A stretch of 32,707 nt of DNA. Source: Nanobdellota archaeon (lineage in GTDB: Archaea > Nanobdellota > Nanobdellia > Pacearchaeales > GW2011-AR1). Below, in pieces: positions 15,037-22,728 of the stretch. The stretch is from assembly GCA_030688225.1 (NCBI GenBank), contig JAUYIO010000039.1, forward strand, positions 1 through 32,707. The letters run 5' to 3'. The position numbers and the translations under genes were made by a program. Under the pieces are notes generated by a model. The model searched no databases and had not been told where the DNA came from. It saw only the letters and a list, made by a program, of their open reading frames with translations. Numbering within the stretch: position 1 is the stretch's first letter; each line of letters opens with the position of its first letter.

Positions 15037-15438
15037 TTAAGGAATCATACTTTCTATATTCTTAAAATAAAAAGACATGACTGCCAAAACAGCAGAAACC
15101 TGAGAAGGACCATCCATATTGTAAGAACAATATGCCAGCCTATCAAAATCCTCTTCAAGTCCAACTCCTGCCGCATTTCCCGGAACTCTCACATGATGAA
15201 GTAGTCCAGTAGGATTTCCATTCTCACAAACCCAGTTGCATATTTTATATAAAGGCTGGTAATCTCTCCAACCAGAATTTCTTATTGCGCTAAGACCAAT
15301 TTCTTCATAGTGTTCATGATTCAACTTTTGCTGTTTGGCAAATTCAGCAAATTCTTTTGAAATTCTAAAAGAAATATGAAAACCTCCTGCTCTCTGAACA
15401 GGAAAATAATCAATAAGATAATTAGATTTGTTAATCAT
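15037..15438 (-). CDS. Hypothetical protein (133 aa)
   Basis: This is a clean ORF. I recognise no family. Confidence 0.45.
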   Translation of the reverse strand: MINKSNYLIDYFPVQRAGGFHISFRISKEFAEFAKQQKLNHEHYEEIGLSAIRNSGWRDYQPLYKICNWVCENGNPTGLLHHVRVPGNAAGVGLEEDFDRLAYCSYNMDGPSQVSAVLAVMSFYFKNIESMIP

Positions 15439-15486
15439 AAGAATTTAGATAAGTTATACTTTAAAAAAACTATTGCTCTCTAACAA

Positions 15487-15750
15487 TTATTTCAGCTTCT
15501 TAAAATCAGCTTCAACCCTGTCCAAATCCTTAACAATCGCTTTAACAGCGTCGTCAACTGCCTTTTTCGCTGTTTTCCCTTTTGTCTTAACCAAAAGAGC
15601 AGGTTTTTCATTCGGATGATTTCTCTTCCAAACTGCAAGTTTAACAGAAGAATCTTTATTCAGATAAACTCTTAAAAGTTCAGGAAGAGTAAGATTATCA
15701 AACTCAACTTTCATTTCTTCTTTTGAACTTTCAATAATTTTTAATTCCAT
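15487..15750 (-). CDS. rpoL: DNA-directed RNA polymerase subunit L (Rpo11)
   Basis: The product is 87 aa. The layout MELKIIESSKEEMKVEF...LLRVYL...V.LAVWKRNHP...P.LLVKT.G....KAV..A matches archaeal RpoL. TTTATAAA lies 21 nt upstream of the ATG. Confidence 0.75.
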   Translation of the reverse strand: MELKIIESSKEEMKVEFDNLTLPELLRVYLNKDSSVKLAVWKRNHPNEKPALLVKTKGKTAKKAVDDAVKAIVKDLDRVEADFKKLK

Positions 15751-15771
15751 ATTAAAAGAGATTAAAATTCA

Positions 15772-15779
15772 TTTATAAA
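15772..15779 (-). promoter_or_regulatory. TATA box (TTTATAAA) of rpoL
   Basis: Exactly 21 nt separate the box from the ATG at 15750, which fits a leaderless mRNA. Confidence 0.5.
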
Positions 15780-15825
15780 GTTTTGGTTGAGAAATTGGCT
15801 CGCGTAAAACGCTAGCTTATAAAAA

Positions 15826-16182
15826 TTAATTCATAATTTTTTCAAGAAATCTATAAATTATTTCTCGTGACTCTTCATCTTCAGAGTTTAATATAAACTT
15901 AAGTGCATAATGCCCATTATCTGCTAAAAACTCTACTCTAGAATTTTCCTTAGGAACTAGTACAGCCAATCCATAACCCTTCTTCTCAAAAATGTTACAA
16001 TCTTCTAAATTTTCTCTTGTTGTTTGAGAATAATATTCTTTAAATGCATTTAACCATCCCTCAGAACCTAATTCTAGAAAAAGACAACTTGTAAGACCCA
16101 TATCGATATAGTGCCCAATATCTTTGATGTCTATAATTAATTTGTCTATTCCATTTTCCTTAGGAATTTTTTCTAAATACAT
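15826..16182 (-). CDS. Hypothetical protein (118 aa)
   Basis: This is a clean ORF with TTTATATA 21 nt upstream of the ATG at 16182. Confidence 0.45.
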   Translation of the reverse strand: MYLEKIPKENGIDKLIIDIKDIGHYIDMGLTSCLFLELGSEGWLNAFKEYYSQTTRENLEDCNIFEKKGYGLAVLVPKENSRVEFLADNGHYALKFILNSEDEESREIIYRFLEKIMN

Positions 16183-16230
16183 AAAAATCCGATCTTAGAT
16201 TAGTATATAAATCTTATCAAAATTCTTCTC

Positions 16231-16250
16231 AAAAACTTGCACTGCAAAAA
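16231..16250 (-). terminator. Candidate archaeal terminator: two T5 runs (minus strand) flanking the palindrome TTGCAcTGCAA
   Basis: It lies 16-35 nt downstream of the stop at 16266. Confidence 0.35.
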
Positions 16251-16265
16251 TTTCTCTCAACAAAT

Positions 16266-17006
16266 CTACCTTCTCCCATAAATTATGTCTTCAACTTCTT
16301 CAGGAGTCAGCTCCCTGTCTTCATCATATTTTTCTTTTTCCTCAGGAGGTAAATTCTCACCTGTAAATTCAGGAATATCTTCTTCCATAATTTTTCTCTT
16401 CTTTTTCATTTCTTGCAAATCTGCAATAGTCAGCATTTTTGTGACGTCCGTGTCAAAACTAAGTCTTTTCGGTTGTTTCTTGAGTTCTTCTGCAACTTCT
16501 GTTTTTATAATTCTTATTCTCAAGAAATTCTCAAGTTTATTGACAAGCCTATAATCATCATCCGGAAAAGTCCCTTTCTCAGCCAGTTTAATTGCTGTTT
16601 CAGACTCGCCAATTTCTTTTGCCAATTGTTCAGGTGTCAATTTTTTTGCTCTTCTCGCCCTCATAATTACCCAGTGAAAATTATCAATCAAATCAACCCT
16701 TGGTTTAACTCCTTCTTGAATTTTAATCTTAACATTCCTGTCAAGAATGTCCTTAAGAGTTGTCTCCTGTTTTTTCAGTAAATCATTCTCAACAATTTTC
16801 TTTTTTTCAAATTGCTTAACATAATCTCTAAACCTCAATGGCTCTTTTTCTGATTCTTTAAGTTGAAAAGTTGTAGGTTTTTTTATGATAGGCAAATCCT
16901 CATTAAGAGCACATTCATGGCAAACCTGAACAATCCCATTCTCAAGAATAACATCAAACAATCTTGCTTTGTTTCCTTGCACACCACATTTAAAACATTC
17001 GTTCAT
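16266..17006 (-). CDS. MBF1-like protein: N-terminal Zn ribbon plus HTH (XRE/Cro type), with a long acidic C-terminal tail
   Basis: The Zn ribbon is CFKCG...VCHEC. The HTH region is IMRARRAKKLTPEQLAKEIGESETAIKLAEKG. The C-terminus is Glu/Asp-rich. Confidence 0.7.
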   Translation of the reverse strand: MNECFKCGVQGNKARLFDVILENGIVQVCHECALNEDLPIIKKPTTFQLKESEKEPLRFRDYVKQFEKKKIVENDLLKKQETTLKDILDRNVKIKIQEGVKPRVDLIDNFHWVIMRARRAKKLTPEQLAKEIGESETAIKLAEKGTFPDDDYRLVNKLENFLRIRIIKTEVAEELKKQPKRLSFDTDVTKMLTIADLQEMKKKRKIMEEDIPEFTGENLPPEEKEKYDEDRELTPEEVEDIIYGRR

Positions 17007-17033
17007 TCAAAAATCAATAAAATCCTCTTTTTT

Positions 17034-17052
17034 AATATTGCTGTGATGAAAT
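17034..17052. repeat. 19-bp direct repeat, copy 1 (ATATTGCTGTGATGAAATG), abutting the putative TATA of gene 17006
   Basis: It is identical to 17107-17125, giving a 73-bp period. Confidence 0.85.
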
Positions 17053-17078
17053 GCTATTGTATTTTTTTCTACCACTGT

Positions 17079-17103
17079 AGTTTCTTTTTTTCTAAAAAAG
17101 AAA
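17079..17103. other. Perfect 11-bp stem / 3-nt loop hairpin (GTTTCTTTTTT-TCT-AAAAAAGAAAC) between the two 19-bp repeats
   Basis: All 11 base pairs were checked by hand and are Watson-Crick. Confidence 0.8.
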
Positions 17104-17106
17104 CCC

Positions 17107-17125
17107 ATATTGCTGTGATGAAATG
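17107..17125. repeat. 19-bp direct repeat, copy 2
   Basis: It is identical to 17034-17052. On the minus strand it is immediately preceded by TTTATATA. Confidence 0.85.
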
Positions 17126-17188
17126 TTTATATAAATATTTATTTTCACAACATAAAGGCGAGCGTAGCGAGGGGGATGTGGGAAATTC

Positions 17189-17195
17189 AAAAAAA
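17189..17195 (-). terminator. Oligo-T (T7 on the minus strand), candidate terminator of gene 17212-17862
   Basis: The run lies 17-23 nt downstream of the stop codon. Archaeal termination typically uses T-runs. Confidence 0.35.
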
Positions 17196-17211
17196 TTGGG
17201 GAAAGTGAAAA

Positions 17212-17862
17212 TCAATTCAAATAGTCTTTAATATTCTGCAGAGAGTCTATGCTTTCAAATTTATACTTCTCATCCACAAAAATAACTGGCAGCTCTGTGA
17301 TATTATATCTGTCTAAGAGAAGATTAACAGAAGGCAAATCATTATCAGCAGCGATAGGAATCAACATTACATTATTTCCTTTTTCTTGCTTTATCTGAGA
17401 CAAGAAATTTGAAAAAACATCCTGTGCTGCATCTTTTTCAAGAGGAACATTATTGTATTGATACAAATAAACAATATTATGATAATCAGCATTACATTTT
17501 TCTTTTATTTTCATGCTTTCCATCCAAAATAAAGTTCTCAATAAATCATATCGTTTATGCTGAAAGATTATATCAGAATTAATCTTGTTTGCTTCTTCAT
17601 AATCCCTTATCGTAAGTGCTTCCTGAAAAATCCTGTCTGCAAAATTTATATTCTCCTGAATAACTGCATCACAATTTAAGTCAACCAAATCTAAAGCAAT
17701 TTCCTGAATCCTCTGATCAAGTAACTCCATTTCTGATTCAAGATACCATTCATTAATCTTGTCTATTCTTGAGGCTTCCAGTTTATATCCTAAAAAAACT
17801 CCTATATTAAAAACTACGATAGTTATAATCAACGCTTGCAAAAAAACATATTTTTGATTCAT
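17212..17862 (-). CDS. Membrane-anchored hypothetical protein (216 aa)
   Basis: It has an N-terminal TM (FLQALIITIVVFNIGVFLGY). The C-terminal YNITELPVIFVDEK vaguely recalls a thioredoxin-fold cis-Pro loop, but no CxxC is present. Confidence 0.5.
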   Translation of the reverse strand: MNQKYVFLQALIITIVVFNIGVFLGYKLEASRIDKINEWYLESEMELLDQRIQEIALDLVDLNCDAVIQENINFADRIFQEALTIRDYEEANKINSDIIFQHKRYDLLRTLFWMESMKIKEKCNADYHNIVYLYQYNNVPLEKDAAQDVFSNFLSQIKQEKGNNVMLIPIAADNDLPSVNLLLDRYNITELPVIFVDEKYKFESIDSLQNIKDYLN

Positions 17863-17975
17863 TCTATTTTTCCATCTTTACTATTTTAGTTTCTTTTACA
17901 CAGTAGCTTTTCTTCCGGCGGTTTTCTCTGGAAAATCGTCGCAAATCCTTAAGGATTTCTCTCTAAAGAAAAACC

Positions 17976-19199
17976 CTATCTCCATTTTCTGGTTCCTTTT
18001 ATATAATGGTATATCGCGTTTATAGATATAAAAGGATATACAGGCAAGTAAAGAATAAAATAAAATAAGATTTTAAAAATATTCTGTTTGTTCAAAATAC
18101 TCTCTTTCATAATATATAATGCAAGAATAGTAAATAATCCTCCTATAATGAACAAAACAATTCCAAGATAATTCAAAACACTAGGGGTTATATGCAAAGC
18201 ACTTGAAGTTACAAGAGGAGATTTTAAATTCAAAGAATATGTAATAAAAATGTACTTATCAAGAATTCTTCTTGTCATCAAATAAATAAAAATTCCCATT
18301 CCCACAACTCCTAAAGACAATTGCAAAACAAAAAAAGGAAGAATAAACATTCCAAGCATTCCTTTCTTAAAAAAATTCTTTTTATATTTCAAGATACATT
18401 GAAGCCCTCCCATGCTCCACCTTCTCCTCTGATTAAACCATGCTTTGTATTTGTTTGGAACTGTTGTAGTTACTTTTCCAGAAAGATTCATTTCTCTTCT
18501 ATAACCTTCCTTAACCAAATGCCAAGTAGCCTCTATATCTTCAGTCATGTTCTCCTTATCAAAACCTCCAATCTTAATTAAAGCAGATTTTCTGTACAAG
18601 GCTAAAGGACCAGGGGTAACATAAATTCCATCAACAAAACCCAAAAGTTTTCTTGTGAAAGCAATAACATTATATTCAATAACCTGCATCTTCTCAAGAA
18701 AATTATTCTTGTTTTTTGGAACAATAGAACATGTGGCAACTCCAACTTTTTCATCATCAAAATATCCGACAAGTTTTCCAAAAGCATCTTTTGAAGGATA
18801 ACTATCTGCATCAACAACTGCAATTAAATCTCCTTTTGCAATTTTTATTCCTTGATTCAAACTATCTGCCTTTCCAGAATTCTTCTTGTTGAGAATTTTC
18901 AAACGAGAATATTTCTCCATTAATTTTCCAACAACTTTTTCAGTATTATCTTGTGAACCATCATTCAAAACTATTATTTCCTTAACAGGATAATCAGAAT
19001 CAAAAATTGCCCCAATGGTATCACTTATTGTTTTCCCTTCATTATAAGCAGGAACTAAAACAGAGATGGAATACTTCTTCTTTGTTGTAGGAGAATCAAA
19101 TAAAAATTTCCTATTTCTAAAGAATAAAGTCATAAAAAAGGACAGGAAATAAATTGCTACAAACATATATGCTAAATAAATTATCGGTAGAACTTCCAT
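17976..19199 (-). CDS. Processive family-2 glycosyltransferase (chitin synthase/NodC/PgaC-like), integral membrane
   Basis: It has an N-terminal TM, SVLVPAYNE...VLNDGSQDNT, a DAD motif (AVVDADS), QRRRWSMG (the Q(R/Q)xRW motif) and 3-4 C-terminal TMs. Confidence 0.85.
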   Translation of the reverse strand: MEVLPIIYLAYMFVAIYFLSFFMTLFFRNRKFLFDSPTTKKKYSISVLVPAYNEGKTISDTIGAIFDSDYPVKEIIVLNDGSQDNTEKVVGKLMEKYSRLKILNKKNSGKADSLNQGIKIAKGDLIAVVDADSYPSKDAFGKLVGYFDDEKVGVATCSIVPKNKNNFLEKMQVIEYNVIAFTRKLLGFVDGIYVTPGPLALYRKSALIKIGGFDKENMTEDIEATWHLVKEGYRREMNLSGKVTTTVPNKYKAWFNQRRRWSMGGLQCILKYKKNFFKKGMLGMFILPFFVLQLSLGVVGMGIFIYLMTRRILDKYIFITYSLNLKSPLVTSSALHITPSVLNYLGIVLFIIGGLFTILALYIMKESILNKQNIFKILFYFILYLPVYPFISINAIYHYIKGTRKWR

Positions 19200-19207
19200 T
19201 TTATCAC

Positions 19208-19756
19208 TTAATCTTCAGTTGTTTCTATCTCTTTTAAAGATTCTTGTGATAAACCTTCAGTTTGTTTCACATTAAAATAATCATAAAATTCATCACTCAA
19301 ACTTAGTTCATTCGTGTGCCCCATTTTTTTCTTCTTTATAAGATTCAATTCTGCAAATTTTTTAATATGGTCATATGCTTTGTTCCCACGAATCTTAATC
19401 AAGACAGATTGTTTAATCGGTTGCTTGAAAGCAATAATTGCAAGTGTTTCCTGCTCTGCCTTTGAAAATTCAGCACTTCCCGTAGCAATCTTATTAATTA
19501 TTCCAGAATATTCCTGTTTGACATCCATCTTCCACAAGCCATTTTTTTCAACAATCTCAATTGCAGAATCAGCCTCACGATATTTTTCTCTAAGCTTCTC
19601 AATTAATTCTTTTATTATAATAGGATTCAAATCACTAAGAGAAATCAAATCCTGCATATTCAAAAATCTCCCTGACACGAAAAACACAGCTTCAAGTTTT
19701 TTCAAATTCTCTTTTTCAGTTTCCTCATCAATTTCTTTTATTGTATCACTTCTCAT
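19208..19756 (-). CDS. scpB: Segregation and condensation protein B (ScpB)
   Basis: The sequence LEAVFFVSGRFLNMQDLISL......AEQETLAIIAFKQPIKQSVLIKIRG shows the two wHTH repeats typical of ScpB. Confidence 0.8.
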   Translation of the reverse strand: MRSDTIKEIDEETEKENLKKLEAVFFVSGRFLNMQDLISLSDLNPIIIKELIEKLREKYREADSAIEIVEKNGLWKMDVKQEYSGIINKIATGSAEFSKAEQETLAIIAFKQPIKQSVLIKIRGNKAYDHIKKFAELNLIKKKKMGHTNELSLSDEFYDYFNVKQTEGLSQESLKEIETTED

Positions 19757-19834
19757 ATTTTAAGAAAACTAACCAATATTTTAAAGGTTTTGAATACATC
19801 AACAAATATTTAACCTCAGAATCTTTTTACTTTC

Positions 19835-20320
19835 ATGAACAAAATAATTATAATTGCAATAATTATAGTTGTGATTTTTTTACTTTTAGCAATAATAAGG
19901 GCTTTAAGCCCAAAAGAGATAGACGATGTTTCTCCAGAAATTTCTTGCGAGGAAATAGAAAGATACAATCCAGATATTTTATGGGTAATTCCAAAATTCA
20001 ACAATAAACCTGCTTCAGAAAATAAAGAATGGTGTAAATATATCTTATCTTTGAACAAAACAATAGGAATGCACGGAGTAACTCATGAATATCACGAATT
20101 TGAAACAGACAGGAATCAAGAATACATCCAAGAAGGGATAGACATTTTTGAAAAATGCTTTGGATTCAAACCAAAAATGTTTAAAGCTCCACAGTTAAAA
20201 ATTTCGCAAAACAATATAGAATTAATTAAAAAAAATAATCTTGAACTAAAAGGCAGATTAAACCAATATACCCGAAAAGTTTATCATTGCGAAGGTTCTC
20301 AAAATCCAAAACTAGCCTAA
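19835..20320 (+). CDS. DUF2334-like putative polysaccharide deacetylase with an N-terminal TM anchor
   Basis: The sequence is DDVSPE...ILWVIPKFNN......IGMHGVTHEYHEFE...GFKPKMFKAPQLKIS. This is the vhDvsP / HGytH..EF / F.aP pattern that I associate with DUF2334. Confidence 0.6.
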   Translation: MNKIIIIAIIIVVIFLLLAIIRALSPKEIDDVSPEISCEEIERYNPDILWVIPKFNNKPASENKEWCKYILSLNKTIGMHGVTHEYHEFETDRNQEYIQEGIDIFEKCFGFKPKMFKAPQLKISQNNIELIKKNNLELKGRLNQYTRKVYHCEGSQNPKLA

Positions 20321-20340
20321 TCTTAAAAATCAATCTTAAG

Positions 20341-20940
20341 CTACTTTTTAAATTTTCTTATCAAAAAATTAATTAATAAATTAACTGGGAAGACAACAAG
20401 AAGGATATAAAATATTGGGAAAATTACAGAATAAAAGGAGATAATCGGTAAAAAACCAAGATTATGTTGAAAAAAGAAATTAAGATTATACTCCCGTCCA
20501 TAATACAATATAATGGGGATTAAAATTGAAAAAAGAACAAATGAAAATTTCCAAGCACGCTTACTCTCTTTTCCAATCAAAAAAATAGCCGTTAATGACA
20601 AAGGCAAAACAAGGAAATGAACACTTATTGAAGCAATTTGTGAAAGAAGAGTTTCATTCAAAACATACATAGAACTCCCTATTGGGAAATTTTTTGTAAA
20701 GAGAAAATAAAAAAAGTCTAAACTCCATAAAAATTGTGGAATAAAGATAATTGAAAATTCTCCAATTAATACAAAAGAACTTCTAAATAAAATTGCAAAG
20801 CCTGCAATAAGAGGAGAAGAATTGCAAAGCCAGAAATAGCGTGGAAAATCTTCTGCAATATAGATTATCTGAAGAAGACGGTAGATTCCAACAATAATTA
20901 AAATTATTCCAATTAAGTTTATAAATAAATCCTTTCTCAT
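20341..20940 (-). CDS. Polytopic membrane protein (about 6 TM), hypothetical
   Basis: The ORF is 199 aa and hydrophobic throughout. Confidence 0.5.
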   Translation of the reverse strand: MRKDLFINLIGIILIIVGIYRLLQIIYIAEDFPRYFWLCNSSPLIAGFAILFRSSFVLIGEFSIIFIPQFLWSLDFFYFLFTKNFPIGSSMYVLNETLLSQIASISVHFLVLPLSLTAIFLIGKESKRAWKFSFVLFSILIPIILYYGREYNLNFFFQHNLGFLPIISFYSVIFPIFYILLVVFPVNLLINFLIRKFKK

Positions 20941-21002
20941 TTTTCTTGCACGAAGAATAGATATAATAAATTTTGGGTTTCACTAAATAAATCTTCTTGT
21001 AA

Positions 21003-22088
21003 CTAAATCTTATACCTTAAAATAGCTCCCATCCCTCCGAGATTCTTAAACTGCTGTCCTTCTTCTGTTTCATTGGAAATTATCTCAATCTCAGAACCAG
21101 TATTAATCGCCATTTCTTTAAGTTCTTTCACAATCTTTTTGTCAGAATCTTTAGATAAAAACAAAGTTTTTACAGCTCCATATTGCAGAGCTTTCTTGGT
21201 TTGTTCTTCTCCTAATGCAGACAATTCTCTTTTCTCGCCAAGAGTTTCAAAGAATTTCTCCATGAGTTTTTTCTCTTTCATTATTTCCTGGCTCGCAAGA
21301 ATATCTCTTGACTTCTCCACCAGTTCTTTCAATCCAGATTCATCAGTATCGCCAATATCAATTCTCCCAATAACCTTGTCTCTTAATTGAGTTGTCATAT
21401 ATTCTCCTTCAATAAATTCGTCCTTCGTAGGAATCGGGCCCCCAACAAGAATTCCTTTAAGTTTTGGCATTTCAAAAAAGATATTTTTCATTTCTTCTGC
21501 AATTCTTTTGTAAAAATCTTTTGTTAACCCTTCTGTAATCCTATGAAACCTCTGACTTGACTGCCCTCCAGCTCTTACTTTGCTCGGAATTCCAGAAGTC
21601 ATTTTCTGCAAACACTCAATTCTCTTTCCTTCAAGCAAACCAATAGTTGCTTCTTTTCTGTCCATAACAAGCAAACCAAAAACCTCGTCAACTTCAAGCA
21701 TTTCTTTCAGAGAATCTAAAACAAATTCTTTGTCGCATCTGTATAATCTGTTTTTCAAGGGCGTGGGAGGTTCAATGTCCCATAATCTCAAATCACTTTC
21801 TCCAGGGACTCCAGAAATATTCCCACAAAAAACTGCAAGCCCATTTTCAGGAGTTTTTTTGAAAGTCTTCAAAAACCGAACAATTTTATCAAGAGCATCA
21901 ACAACATTCTTTTTTGTTGACGCAGATTTAATATTCTTAGCAGTCGCTCTTTCTGCTTCCAACTGCTTCTGAACAGAATTCACATCATACCCTGAAGGAA
22001 CATAAACACTAATCAATTCTGTCTGCCTTCCTTTATACTGCTCAAGTTCTTCAAGAACTTCTTCAAGCTCATTCTTAGTCATTGCCAT
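21003..22088 (-). CDS. prf1: Peptide chain release factor aRF1
   Basis: It carries the NIKS motif (TAKNIKSAS) and the GGQ motif (RAGGQSSQRF). The ATG at 22088 was chosen because TTTATAAA (22110-22117) lies exactly 21 nt upstream. The track's 22136 start adds 16 implausible residues. Confidence 0.9.
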   Translation of the reverse strand: MAMTKNELEEVLEELEQYKGRQTELISVYVPSGYDVNSVQKQLEAERATAKNIKSASTKKNVVDALDKIVRFLKTFKKTPENGLAVFCGNISGVPGESDLRLWDIEPPTPLKNRLYRCDKEFVLDSLKEMLEVDEVFGLLVMDRKEATIGLLEGKRIECLQKMTSGIPSKVRAGGQSSQRFHRITEGLTKDFYKRIAEEMKNIFFEMPKLKGILVGGPIPTKDEFIEGEYMTTQLRDKVIGRIDIGDTDESGLKELVEKSRDILASQEIMKEKKLMEKFFETLGEKRELSALGEEQTKKALQYGAVKTLFLSKDSDKKIVKELKEMAINTGSEIEIISNETEEGQQFKNLGGMGAILRYKI

Positions 22089-22109
22089 AATTAACAAAGA
22101 AAGAGATAG

Positions 22110-22117
22110 TTTATAAA
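22110..22117 (-). promoter_or_regulatory. TATA box (TTTATAAA) of the aRF1 gene
   Basis: There is a 21-nt spacing to the ATG at 22088. Confidence 0.5.
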
Positions 22118-22179
22118 ATTGGTGGGAAGATTTCAAAATAAACCGATAATCTTTTAAAGATTTAATTTATGAGAAAGAA

Positions 22180-22728
22180 ATGGAAAATACATATATCTTG
22201 AGATTAGGGAGCCTGAATGAAATACTTGCTGGTGAAGGGGAAGAAGTTGAAACAGTGGAAGATTTATACTGCTCTTCAAGAAATGCTCCTTTGATATTAG
22301 TTCCAAAATTTGTTGGAGTTTATCAAGAAAGCCCTAATGAAGAGGGTATGGAGATTTTGAACCAAATAGAATCGTTTATGATGAACGTAATGGATTTAAT
22401 GAATTTCAATGAAAAAGATAAGGTACAACCTAATTTGATAAGCATAATTTATGATCAAGATACAATAAGTAGGGATATAATTAGAAGTTCTCTTCCAGAA
22501 AATTTTACAAGCAGGATAAGTATCTTTAATTACAGAAATATGCCTATTTTTGAAGGCAAATCTTTTTTAGATTATGGAAAAATAGAAAAACTTTTAGAAT
22601 TAAAAGAAGAAAAAACATTTAAGGACTTTATAAAAAACATAAATTCCCTGAGAAATAGTTATGGATTAACAAAAAGAGAAGAATGCTTTTATGAAGCAAT
22701 TCATAAAAAATTAAGGACATTATTGTAA
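22180..22728 (+). CDS. Hypothetical protein (182 aa)
   Basis: This is a clean ORF. Its stop abuts the valS stop with no gap (convergent genes). Confidence 0.45.
   Translation: MENTYILRLGSLNEILAGEGEEVETVEDLYCSSRNAPLILVPKFVGVYQESPNEEGMEILNQIESFMMNVMDLMNFNEKDKVQPNLISIIYDQDTISRDIIRSSLPENFTSRISIFNYRNMPIFEGKSFLDYGKIEKLLELKEEKTFKDFIKNINSLRNSYGLTKREECFYEAIHKKLRTLL

Noticed and set aside
15037-15438. Macrodomain-like 'GNAAGVG' motif in the 133-aa protein, a possible eraser for the ART-like protein
   Set aside because: The motif lies near the C-terminus rather than the N-terminal third. The protein is too short for a macro fold, no other macro motifs are present, and it lies 14 kb from the ART-like gene.
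17034-17125. C/D-box sRNA or mini-CRISPR interpretation of the GTGATGA-containing 19-bp repeats
   Set aside because: GTGATGA resembles a C box, but there is no CTGA D box within 70 nt on either copy and no terminal stem. Two 19-bp copies with no cas genes or further repeats do not make a CRISPR array.
16863-17231. Plus-strand 122-aa ORF spanning the 17007-17211 spacer
   Set aside because: It starts inside the MBF1-like gene on the opposite strand and runs through repeats and the hairpin. It has an alternative start and an implausible sequence.
19741-20058. Overlapping ORFs 19741-20007 (+) and 19816-20058 (-) at the scpB/DUF2334 divergent spacer
   Set aside because: They overlap the better-supported DUF2334-like ORF (19835-20320) in other frames and have no recognisable motifs.
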